NCBI GenBank assembly: GCA_016871155.1 | Contig: VFZO01000003.1 | Coordinates: forward strand, 1,663-65,662 | Length of the DNA: 64,000 nucleotides | Reading direction: 5' to 3' | Source: Acidobacteriota bacterium | GTDB taxonomy: Bacteria > Acidobacteriota > Terriglobia > Bryobacterales > Bryobacteraceae | Part shown: positions 7,382 to 15,728 of the stretch, in pieces | Layout of the letters: each line of letters begins with the position of its first letter | Numbering within the stretch: position 1 is the stretch's first letter | Made by a program: the position numbers and the translations under genes | The notes under the pieces: model-generated | What the model was told of the DNA's origin: nothing | Databases searched by the model: none | Seen by the model: only the letters and a program-made list of their open reading frames with translations

Positions 7382-10200
7382 CGGCGGGTCACCAGCGGAC
7401 GCGTCAATCGAAGCGCCGGACGGGTGTTGTAACGCTCTATCCAATCGCCGCCGGGGTGCGCTTCCGTCGCCGGGTACGGATACCGGCTCATGCCATGGTG
7501 CGGCAGCGGCAGCACGGTTTGCGAATGCGCGGTATTTGGATCGCGGTCTTTCGCCCAGCCATCCACCTTGAGAAGATACGATCTCGTGTACCCGGCTGCA
7601 ACGGATGGCAGATTTGCGTCGAACTGAAGGGTCAGTTCGTCGCCGCTGCCCATAATGATCAGCTTGTCGTCCACGGAGGCGGCCAGTTCGTTCACGTCGC
7701 CATAGCGGGTGTATAAGCCCGGCGTGGGGTTCCACATTGACGAGGCTGCGACGCGCTCATAGTGAAAGCGCTCCGGCTCCCGCCGAGCGGGGTGAATTGT
7801 GACAGCGGAAAATCCGCGGAAGTGCAGATCGGCGTCCAGCAACCGGGACCGGTGAGTGACCGTTTTCGGCGGCGTCACGTCGGACGACAGGAACGCATCG
7901 GTCCAATGAACGTCCAGGTTGGTATCGATGCGAAGCCGGCCCGACGGCAGTTCGCCAAGCTCGACCACGATGGTCTTTGGCTTGCCCGCGGGGAGACCCA
8001 TGTCCTCCACGATGGTGCGCCAGGTGCCGTCCGGGTTCTGCGCCTCCAGCTTGGGAAAGCGCATTTGCCGGCCGCGCGTTTGGGCGGCTTGCAGGAAGTT
8101 GGAACCATCGGCCCAGTCGACCCAACCCGTCAGCACCAGCAACGATCGCGCGGGCACGATAGGACCGAAGTCGAAGGTGTTGCCCGTCCGCCGGGCGGGA
8201 ATGCGCGTGCGCGTCGCGAAGAGTTTGAACGCCGGAAACGGCGGCGCCTTGAACTTATCGTTGACGTGCAGCACTGTGCCGGCTGGATGGTCTACGGCGA
8301 GCAGTTGGACCTCGTCCAGATAGGCGACTTCGCTCAACTCTTCTGTAATGCGGATCTCGAACTTGCCGTCTCGCGGCTGCAGAGCCGCAGGCGGAATCTG
8401 AATGTACTCGTCGTGATCGACTGGAAAATACTCGCCGTCGCCCGAAGACGCTCCCAGCGGTGCGACGCCAAGCACATCGGTAATGTAGACGAACTCGCGG
8501 CCGTTCCACGTCCAAATGTGGGGGCAGGATCCGCTAAGCCGTTGCGCCTCCTTGTAGAGATACGCTTTGTTTGCCGGTTGGCGCGTCTCGTTCTGAATCA
8601 AACCGTTCGGCCAGGTGATGCGCACAGTGTCGGCGCTTTTCGCGGCGCCCAACGAGAAAGTAAGCGGCGAACCCGTGTAGAAGCGCTTCTGATAAAGGCG
8701 GCCCGCCTTCACTTCCACCTCCGCGGCAAACGCGAGCTTCGCGTTCTTCACACCTTCCAGTTGCACCGTGATCCAGTTGCCACGCGGCAGCGAGGTGTTG
8801 ATCTGGCGCACAAGGCCCGTGGCTGTCACCGCCCATTGATCCACCCGGCCATCGCGGTCGATATCGTCCGCCACAGCGTGTTCCACCGGCTCCAGATGGC
8901 CGTCGCCATTGAAATCGCCGGCGCCGTGCCATGCGCCCTGGAACTCGTAAAGTCCAGTCGACTTGAGATCGAAGGGCGGCGCGAGCGTTCCCCGCACCGG
9001 AGCACCGGTGACGAACTTGCCGCCCAACTGATCACGATGGAGCCGCACGCTGCCGTCGGCGTAGGACATGGCGACGTCGGTCGCCTTCGAATCCGGTTCG
9101 ACGCGAAGCGCGAAGGCCTGGACCGGTTCACCGGCGCCAAATGGCCAGGGCTGCGCGTTGAAACCGCGGTCGCCTTCGTTACGAAGCAGCTTCGGCTTCG
9201 CGCCAAGCAGAAGAAGGTCAAGATCGTAATCGTGATCGTAGTCAAGCCAGAATGCGTTTCGATAGACGCCGTCGTCCAGGCGCCGGTTGAGTTTTCCAGC
9301 GGTCCAGAGCTCCACGCCCTTCGGTGTCAACACGGCGGCATCGATCACACCGTCGTTGTTCGCGTCGCCCGCCGCCGCACGAAAACCGGCGGCCCGCCAG
9401 CGCGTGAGTCCCTGGCGGTTGACCAGATAGACACCGGCATTCGAAGATAGCAGCAACCCGTCCGGAACAACTTCCAAATGCGCCGTCGCGGCGTCGACGG
9501 GAACCTTCACGGGTGTGCTAGCAAACTTCGCCACAAGCGCGGAAGGCGCGGTCTGCGGCTCGACTTCGTCGAGAATTTCCGAGTACCATCCCCATTCCAA
9601 ATCCTCTGGGACCGCCTCGCCCTCCTTTTCTTTCTTCAAGCTTTGGAAGGCGTCTAGTTCGCGCTTAGCGTCGTCGGCCTTGCCTTGCTGCCTGTAGAGA
9701 TTGAAGAGCTGGAAGTGAGGGCCAAACAGGCGGGGGTCGAGTTCCAACGTGCGTCGAAACTCGGAGACCGCTGCGGCGATGTCACCCGATTGCTTTAGCA
9801 GTACCCCGAGATTGTAATGGCCCGGGGCGTCGTCGGGAACTAGCGCGAGAAAACGCCGGAACTGGGCCAGCGCCTTATCGGTCTCGCCGAATTTCTTCCA
9901 TTGCAGGCCCAGGTTGAACCAAGTGTGAGGAAGGTCCGGCCGGTCCTTCTGCACTTGCTCCAACTCGGCCATGCCTTCCTTTGTCATACCGGCGCGAAGC
10001 AAGGCAAGTCCGTAATTCAGCCGGTCCTTGGGTTCGCGCGGGTTAAGTGCGACGGCCTTCGCGAATTGCGCCACGGCCTCTCTATGCGTTGTGGGATTCT
10101 CAAAGAACGCCTTGCCAAGATTGCGGATTTCGGCCAGTTGCTGTGCCGGAAGCAGCGGCAACGCCAGGAGTGCGCCAAGGCGCGAAAGGATCCTCACCAC
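7378..10200 (-). CDS. secreted TPR + FG-GAP/VCBS + ASPIC/UnbV protein with a large uncharacterised C-terminal domain
   Basis: Start chosen at GTG 10200 (VVRILSRLGALLALPLLPAQQ looks like a signal peptide), because the track start at 10326 would overlap the divergent A2M gene. Has N-terminal TPRs, FG-GAP-like segments (GDANNDGVIDAAV, LDYDHDYDLDLLLLG, GDFNGDGHLEP, DDIDRDGRVDQ), a UnbV-like block (...TVRITWPNGLIQNE), and then about 380 aa without a motif I recognise. Confidence 0.8.
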   Translation of the reverse strand: MVRILSRLGALLALPLLPAQQLAEIRNLGKAFFENPTTHREAVAQFAKAVALNPREPKDRLNYGLALLRAGMTKEGMAELEQVQKDRPDLPHTWFNLGLQWKKFGETDKALAQFRRFLALVPDDAPGHYNLGVLLKQSGDIAAAVSEFRRTLELDPRLFGPHFQLFNLYRQQGKADDAKRELDAFQSLKKEKEGEAVPEDLEWGWYSEILDEVEPQTAPSALVAKFASTPVKVPVDAATAHLEVVPDGLLLSSNAGVYLVNRQGLTRWRAAGFRAAAGDANNDGVIDAAVLTPKGVELWTAGKLNRRLDDGVYRNAFWLDYDHDYDLDLLLLGAKPKLLRNEGDRGFNAQPWPFGAGEPVQAFALRVEPDSKATDVAMSYADGSVRLHRDQLGGKFVTGAPVRGTLAPPFDLKSTGLYEFQGAWHGAGDFNGDGHLEPVEHAVADDIDRDGRVDQWAVTATGLVRQINTSLPRGNWITVQLEGVKNAKLAFAAEVEVKAGRLYQKRFYTGSPLTFSLGAAKSADTVRITWPNGLIQNETRQPANKAYLYKEAQRLSGSCPHIWTWNGREFVYITDVLGVAPLGASSGDGEYFPVDHDEYIQIPPAALQPRDGKFEIRITEELSEVAYLDEVQLLAVDHPAGTVLHVNDKFKAPPFPAFKLFATRTRIPARRTGNTFDFGPIVPARSLLVLTGWVDWADGSNFLQAAQTRGRQMRFPKLEAQNPDGTWRTIVEDMGLPAGKPKTIVVELGELPSGRLRIDTNLDVHWTDAFLSSDVTPPKTVTHRSRLLDADLHFRGFSAVTIHPARREPERFHYERVAASSMWNPTPGLYTRYGDVNELAASVDDKLIIMGSGDELTLQFDANLPSVAAGYTRSYLLKVDGWAKDRDPNTAHSQTVLPLPHHGMSRYPYPATEAHPGGDWIERYNTRPALRLTRPLVTRR

Positions 10201-10217
10201 CTCTGATTTTACCTGCT

Positions 10218-10233
10218 GGCGGCGAAAGCCGCC
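10218..10233. other. GNRA-tetraloop hairpin in the divergent intergenic region
   Basis: GGCGGC-GAAA-GCCGCC, a perfect 6-bp stem, followed by AATTTTACAAA. It lies between the FG-GAP operon start (10200) and the A2M start (10279). Function unknown. Confidence 0.3.
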
Positions 10234-10278
10234 AATTTTACAAAGGACACAAAATTCCGACCCTATACTGTTGCCAAG

Positions 10279-13200
10279 ATGCTTCGGGGATTGTTGGTAC
10301 TGAGCTGCGTGCCGCTGGGCGCGCAACCGTGGAAGGCGGCGGCCACCGGTTGGGTTGCGGATGAGCTGACCCTATCGGTGACCGGACCGCCCGGCGAGGG
10401 GACATTCACAGCGGCCTGGCTGTCGCCGGAGGACAATGAGCGGAGTGGCGCCACGGTGAAGGCGGCGGTCCCCGGAACGGTCCGGGTACCTCTCCGCTAC
10501 CCGAAGGACGCTATGGGCGAGTTTGGGCTCACGCAACGGATTCGCTGGACCGTCTCCGTTGGCGGCCAGACCCTGGAGGGCATCGATTCTCTTAGTCGAT
10601 TATCACGCTCCCTCTTTACCCTCGACGCCGTGCATCCGGCAACGATGGACAGCGAGGGATTTGCGGTAGTGCATGCCCGGACCTACCATCCGGGATCTGG
10701 ACGACCTTTGCCCGATGTGGAGGTGACCCTTAGGTATAAGAACCAGCGAGTCCAAGCCCAAACCGGTAAGGACGGAATCGCCGTTCTGCGCATGCGTCCG
10801 GTCATCGAGGGAAGTCATCCTCACATGGAGCTAACGGCCAACCTCGACGGCATTTCGCAACTGCGGCAGATCTGGCTCTCGCCGGCCGCCGAGGGCTCCG
10901 TCGTCGTGCAAACGGACAAGCCGGTCTATCAGCCTGGCGACCGGTTTCGCTTCCGGCTGATTGCCAGGCATGCCGACGGCCGGCCAGCACCGGGGCGGGA
11001 ACTCGACGTGAACCTGGAAAACGCTGAGGGCCAAGACGTTGCGGAGGTGCGGGTGACGACGAACAGGTTTGGCGCCGCGGCGGGGGAGTTTGCGATCCCG
11101 AAAAACGCCGAGGCCGGAGAATTTCGGCTCGAGATCGACGGAGATGGACTTGATGGGACGCACACGTTTCCCGTGAAACCGTATCTACTTCCGCTCTTCG
11201 CGTTGAGCGCGGCGAAGAACCGGCCCTTCTACCGGCCCGGTGAAGCCGTCGAGATTCGCGTGGAGGCGAAGCACCTGGACGGGCGGCCGGGAATAGGAAT
11301 GCTCATCGAGGATTCGCTTGGCGGCCGGGCGGTGCTGGATGACCGGGGTTCCGCCACCTTACGGCACACGGCGACGGAAGGCAGCGAAGAGCTCAAGATT
11401 GCCGCGACCGACCCTCTGACCGGGCGCACGGAGAAGCGGATCGAACGATGGCGAACCAGCCGGGAGGCTCTTCGGGTGCGCACCAGAACCATGGCGGGGA
11501 CGCACATGCTCTTCGTCACGACGCCAGACGGCCGGCCCGCCGAAGGTGTTCCAATTTTCCGCAACGGCGTGGAGGCGGCCAGAACGTCTCGCTACGGGCT
11601 CGCTGGGATTACCGGCACGGTTTCCGGTCAGTGGCGGGCGTCAACGGTAGGATTCGATCCCAACTGGTCCATCGGCGAACCTTTGACTATTCAGGGCGAA
11701 TCGCTCGTGATCCCAGGCGAGCCGATTCACGCGACGCTTGTCGCCCAGACCGACCTGCCGTCCGTGATTGTCCGGGTGATGGCGAACGATTCTCTGTATT
11801 TTCTGCGCTGGATGCCGTTGCACCGCGGCGCGAACAAGATCGAGATCCCCTGGAAACCGGAGATGCGCGGCTTAATGACGTTGACCGCGAACGCTGGCTC
11901 GTTCCATGAGGCGGAAGCGAACCTTTACGCGCCGGTTCCACGCGGGTTGGCGTTCAATATCAGAACCGGCAGCGCCTCCTACCGGCCCGGCGAAACGGCC
12001 GATCTGCTCCTGGACACGGATGGGCGCCCGGCGTCGGTGGGTTTGGCGATCGTCGACCAAGCCCTGCTTCAGCGCGGCGGCGGGTTCGATTGGAACTCGA
12101 AGCTTCGAACCTCCGAGCTTGACGCCGTTACCGATGCGCAGCGAAACGACCCGGCCTGGCAGCAGTACGCCCGGTGGATGATCGGCGCCAGACGGGTTCC
12201 TCGCCGGCCTGCGGATGTCGAGATCCCCTCGGTTCGGATTTCGAGAGAGTTCGGAGCCTTTCGGCACCGTGTGTGGATGTCCCTTCACGAGGAGCGAGAG
12301 CGCTCAACCTACGATGTCTACCACCCGGTTCGAACCCGGTCACAAATCGAAGCTCTGTTTAGGAGAACCAAGCTGCTTGCCGCGCTCCCAGCCGATCCTT
12401 GGGGCCGGCCGTTGCGGTATTCCGTCGAACTGAGTAGCCGTTACGCGGAGATCGTCCTCAGGTCAAGCGGACCAGACATGACCCCAGACACGCTTGACGA
12501 CTTCGAGGCCACCAGGTACCAATGGAATCTCTATGAAGGGTTGGAACGGTATGTGGAGCGCAACGCGCCGAGTGACACGCGGGACCTAATGGCGTGGTTA
12601 CGCCGCCAGCGGATTCCGGCCGCCGCCTACTCCGATCAAATGGGGCAGCGATTGCGGGTGATCTTCGTCCCGAACGGCCGGCACTTCGGACACCGGCTTG
12701 TGAACAGCGCGAATGAGGACGTCGGCTACGCTTCGTTCCAATGGTTCAAGTCGACGGCGAACCGAATCCAGGCCAGCCTGATCGCGAATCCGCGCCCGCC
12801 GGGCAACCAGTCCGAATGGAACGGGCACCTGTCTAGTCACAGGATCACGCTTCCTCGTGACGCAACCGGCGCTCCTCTGGCGGTTCGCTTCGCAACCGAC
12901 AAAGAAGCGGCGAGTCTGCATCGGCGAATCACGCGAATGGACTACGGCGGCGCACGCTACGACTTCGATCCGGAGGTACACGCGAGAACGATCGAAATTT
13001 GGACAACGGGCGCCGAACCCGCATTGCTCGCACGATTTCGCGCACCGATCCTTGAGGCGCCTGCAACTGCGGCGGGACGAGTACTGGCTGGGAGCGCAGC
13101 AGTCTTCGGTGACGTGGTCGATGCGACCGGCGCCGCTATCGCGAACGCCAAAGTCGAACTGTTCAGAGGGAATCGCGTTCCGGCGGCACGTGTCGCGTCC

Positions 13201-15438
13201 ACCCAGTCCAACGAATCCGGTTCGTTCACGTTCGTCCGGATCGAGCCCGGCGTCTACACGCTTCAATTTTATGCACCCGGTTTCCGGACTCTGCGGATCG
13301 ATAATGTCGCCGCCTATGCCAACACGCTCACACCCGTCGAAGCGCAGTTGGACGTAGGGACGGTCTCACAGTCCGTCGAGGTCAGCGGCGAAACACCGCA
13401 GGTGGACACCCAAACGGCATCGGCGCAGGCGGAGGTGGCAACTGAGAACGCGCCGCCACCCCTGCCTCGAACCGAGTTTCCCGAGGTGATCCACTGGCAA
13501 CCGCTGCTCGAAACGGACGAGCGCGGGAACGCTTCGGTATCGATGAGGCTGCCTGGCTCGTTGACAACCTGGCATGTGGAGGCGTTTGCCTCGGACGAGC
13601 TCGGCCGCTCCGCCAGCGCCACCACAGCCTTCGACACGCGCCTGCTCTACTTCCTTACGCTGGATCCGCCTGTCCGGCTGACGGAAGGCGACCGCATCGA
13701 GTTGCCGGCGCAACTGCACAATCTGTCGGACGCCGCGCAAAAATCGAAGATCGACGTAAAGGCTTCTCCGAGCCTGCGGGTGGAATCACCGCCCGGCCAG
13801 GCTCTGGTGAACGCCGGCGCGTCGGCCCTCCTTCCTCTGCTGGTGACCGCGAGGGCGGCCACGAAAGCCGCGGACCTATCTGTAACGGCCAGGGGAAGCA
13901 CGCACTCAGACGCGCTGACAAGGCGATTGCTGGTGGAACCTCGCGGCACGAAGCTGTTCACCGCCGACTCGACCTATCGCGGCGGCCGGTCGGAGCTGCG
14001 GGTAACGCTCCCGGCCACGCGCGGGGAATTGGAACTCCGTCTGCGGAGCGGACTGGAATCGCGGCTCGAAGCCGCTATCGAAGCGTTGGTCCAACTGCCG
14101 CACGGTTGCGGTGAGCAGATCACCTCCACCGCATTTTCGTCCGTTCTGTATCTGGAGCAATTTCCGGAGGGGCGGCGAGCCGAAGGGGCGAGACAGGCGA
14201 TCGCATCGGCGGTCCAAAGCTTGGCGTCTCGCCGCTCGAAAGGCGGACTGTCCTACTGGCCCGGCGGAAACGCGGACCTTGTGCTCACTGCCTACGCATT
14301 GCAGTTCGCCCACCGCGCGAATGCGCGGGAACTAGTGGATTCATTCAGCAAATTTCTAGAGGCCGCACGGAATCGGGACGGATTGTGGGGCCGGATCTCG
14401 GACGATACTTATGTCACGTACTCGCTGGCCGTCACCGGCCATAGGGACGCCGCGAAGAGTGTGTGGCCTCAGGTTGCAAAAGCCGTTGGAAGTGATGCAA
14501 ACAGTAACGATATCGTGTTGGCAACACTGACGGCGCAGATCTTGGGGGACGAAAAGTTCGCGTCGAAAGGGTTGGCGCGCATCGCCCAACTTGCCGAGCA
14601 AAGCGGGGCGGACACGTACTGGCCCGCTGGGGAGCGTTCGTATTTTGGGTACTCCGTCAGCCGTCTGTCCATGGACACAACGGCACGGGCGGCGGCGGCG
14701 CTATTCGCTTCGCCAGACCCGGCCCACCGGGAGTTGACGAGCCGCGCCCACGGCGCGCTGCTGCGGGCTCGGGATTCCCAGGGAATCTGGAGAACTTCGC
14801 AGACGACCGTGCTGGCAATGGATACTCTGCTCCGCCATACGCCTAGAGCGGCGGCCGAAGACATCGCTGTCCGGGTGACCGCCAACGGCACGGCCATGGA
14901 ACCGGTGAAACTTTCCGCCGCGGATTCCCGCACGCTGTCGCTCACCCATCTCGCCAACGGCGGGGAGAACGTCATTGTCATCGAATCCGGATCCAGCGCT
15001 CCTCTCGACTCGCAGTTGGTGGGGGAGTACAGCGCCCCATGGCCGCAAGCGCCACAGCCCGCACGTTTGGGTGCGCTACGGTTGACGGTCGAATCCAGGC
15101 TTGGAAAAGAAACGGTAAGCCGGAACGAAGCGGTGGAGGTGGCAACGAGCGTCCGCTGTGAAGGCGGCTGCAACGGGAACATGCTGCTGGTGGACATACC
15201 GTTGCCGCCCGGCGCGCGCGTCGACGAATCGTCGATCGACTTGAGCCGCGCGCGCCACGAAGCCTATCCGGACCGCGTCACTTTCTACCTGTGGGCGCAA
15301 ACGGCAGTGCAGGAGATCAAGTTCCGGATGCTGCCCGCGCTGCGAATGATCGCTACCGTGCCACCGGCCACGGCGCGGTTTTACTACGCGCCGGAGACCG
15401 TGGCCATCGCGGCGCCGGGGATGTTGACGGTCGAGTAA
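10279..15438 (+). CDS. alpha-2-macroglobulin family protein with intact thioester motif and inserted domains
   Basis: Signal peptide MLRGLLVLSCVPLGAQP. Has MG-type repeats (QTDKPVYQPGDRFRFRLIAR, NRPFYRPGEAVEIRVEAK, SASYRPGETADLLL), an A2M domain (FPEVIHWQPLLETDERGNASV...LTTWHVEAFA) and the thioester LPHGCGEQITSTAF. About 400 aa are inserted before the A2M domain (see findings). Confidence 0.9.
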   Translation: MLRGLLVLSCVPLGAQPWKAAATGWVADELTLSVTGPPGEGTFTAAWLSPEDNERSGATVKAAVPGTVRVPLRYPKDAMGEFGLTQRIRWTVSVGGQTLEGIDSLSRLSRSLFTLDAVHPATMDSEGFAVVHARTYHPGSGRPLPDVEVTLRYKNQRVQAQTGKDGIAVLRMRPVIEGSHPHMELTANLDGISQLRQIWLSPAAEGSVVVQTDKPVYQPGDRFRFRLIARHADGRPAPGRELDVNLENAEGQDVAEVRVTTNRFGAAAGEFAIPKNAEAGEFRLEIDGDGLDGTHTFPVKPYLLPLFALSAAKNRPFYRPGEAVEIRVEAKHLDGRPGIGMLIEDSLGGRAVLDDRGSATLRHTATEGSEELKIAATDPLTGRTEKRIERWRTSREALRVRTRTMAGTHMLFVTTPDGRPAEGVPIFRNGVEAARTSRYGLAGITGTVSGQWRASTVGFDPNWSIGEPLTIQGESLVIPGEPIHATLVAQTDLPSVIVRVMANDSLYFLRWMPLHRGANKIEIPWKPEMRGLMTLTANAGSFHEAEANLYAPVPRGLAFNIRTGSASYRPGETADLLLDTDGRPASVGLAIVDQALLQRGGGFDWNSKLRTSELDAVTDAQRNDPAWQQYARWMIGARRVPRRPADVEIPSVRISREFGAFRHRVWMSLHEERERSTYDVYHPVRTRSQIEALFRRTKLLAALPADPWGRPLRYSVELSSRYAEIVLRSSGPDMTPDTLDDFEATRYQWNLYEGLERYVERNAPSDTRDLMAWLRRQRIPAAAYSDQMGQRLRVIFVPNGRHFGHRLVNSANEDVGYASFQWFKSTANRIQASLIANPRPPGNQSEWNGHLSSHRITLPRDATGAPLAVRFATDKEAASLHRRITRMDYGGARYDFDPEVHARTIEIWTTGAEPALLARFRAPILEAPATAAGRVLAGSAAVFGDVVDATGAAIANAKVELFRGNRVPAARVASTQSNESGSFTFVRIEPGVYTLQFYAPGFRTLRIDNVAAYANTLTPVEAQLDVGTVSQSVEVSGETPQVDTQTASAQAEVATENAPPPLPRTEFPEVIHWQPLLETDERGNASVSMRLPGSLTTWHVEAFASDELGRSASATTAFDTRLLYFLTLDPPVRLTEGDRIELPAQLHNLSDAAQKSKIDVKASPSLRVESPPGQALVNAGASALLPLLVTARAATKAADLSVTARGSTHSDALTRRLLVEPRGTKLFTADSTYRGGRSELRVTLPATRGELELRLRSGLESRLEAAIEALVQLPHGCGEQITSTAFSSVLYLEQFPEGRRAEGARQAIASAVQSLASRRSKGGLSYWPGGNADLVLTAYALQFAHRANARELVDSFSKFLEAARNRDGLWGRISDDTYVTYSLAVTGHRDAAKSVWPQVAKAVGSDANSNDIVLATLTAQILGDEKFASKGLARIAQLAEQSGADTYWPAGERSYFGYSVSRLSMDTTARAAAALFASPDPAHRELTSRAHGALLRARDSQGIWRTSQTTVLAMDTLLRHTPRAAAEDIAVRVTANGTAMEPVKLSAADSRTLSLTHLANGGENVIVIESGSSAPLDSQLVGEYSAPWPQAPQPARLGALRLTVESRLGKETVSRNEAVEVATSVRCEGGCNGNMLLVDIPLPPGARVDESSIDLSRARHEAYPDRVTFYLWAQTAVQEIKFRMLPALRMIATVPPATARFYYAPETVAIAAPGMLTVE
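14107..14118 (+). other. thioester motif CGEQ of the alpha-2-macroglobulin
   Basis: tgc ggt gag cag is in frame with the 10279 start. The context QLPHGCGEQITS matches the canonical A2M/C3 thioester site. Confidence 0.85.
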
Positions 15439-15728
15439 GTCAAGGTTTGTTGGTTTTGAGTCGAATATCGACAGTGGGAGGTCCCGGGCCCGTCTCGGAG
15501 ACTGGCCACATCGCCGTCGCGCATGCCTCAGACGCCCGTTTGGACTCCGAGCGAGATGGAGATGAATTGGCTGACGCCGTCCGATTCATGTGGGTTATCG
15601 AGGCGAAGGAGCGAGGACCGCAGGTAAGCCACAGCGGCAAGGATCGGCAGTAGTCGGGTCGCCGGGCACTTTGACGCCATTACCGGCAGCCCGGCAGCCG
15701 CAAACCTCTTCCGCGCCCCACGACCCAG

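Noticed and set aside
7382-7735. N-terminal 118-residue extension of the multihaem cytochrome ORF (track start 7735)
   Set aside because: The extension lies inside the upstream gene's coding region, is Arg/Gly-rich, and is non-hydrophobic. A GTG at 7381 forms a GTGA overlap with the upstream stop and begins exactly at the first TM helix.
7762-9450. 562-aa plus-strand ORF
   Set aside because: It is antisense to the TPR/FG-GAP/ASPIC gene (7378..10200), which has strong repeat motifs. The ORF has shadow-frame composition.
12325-12339. tRNA T-arm-like sequence CCGGTTCGAACCCGG
   Set aside because: It lies in frame inside the A2M coding sequence (…HPVRTRSQ…) and has no acceptor-stem or anticodon-arm context. 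I found no tRNA-like cloverleaf in any intergenic gap.
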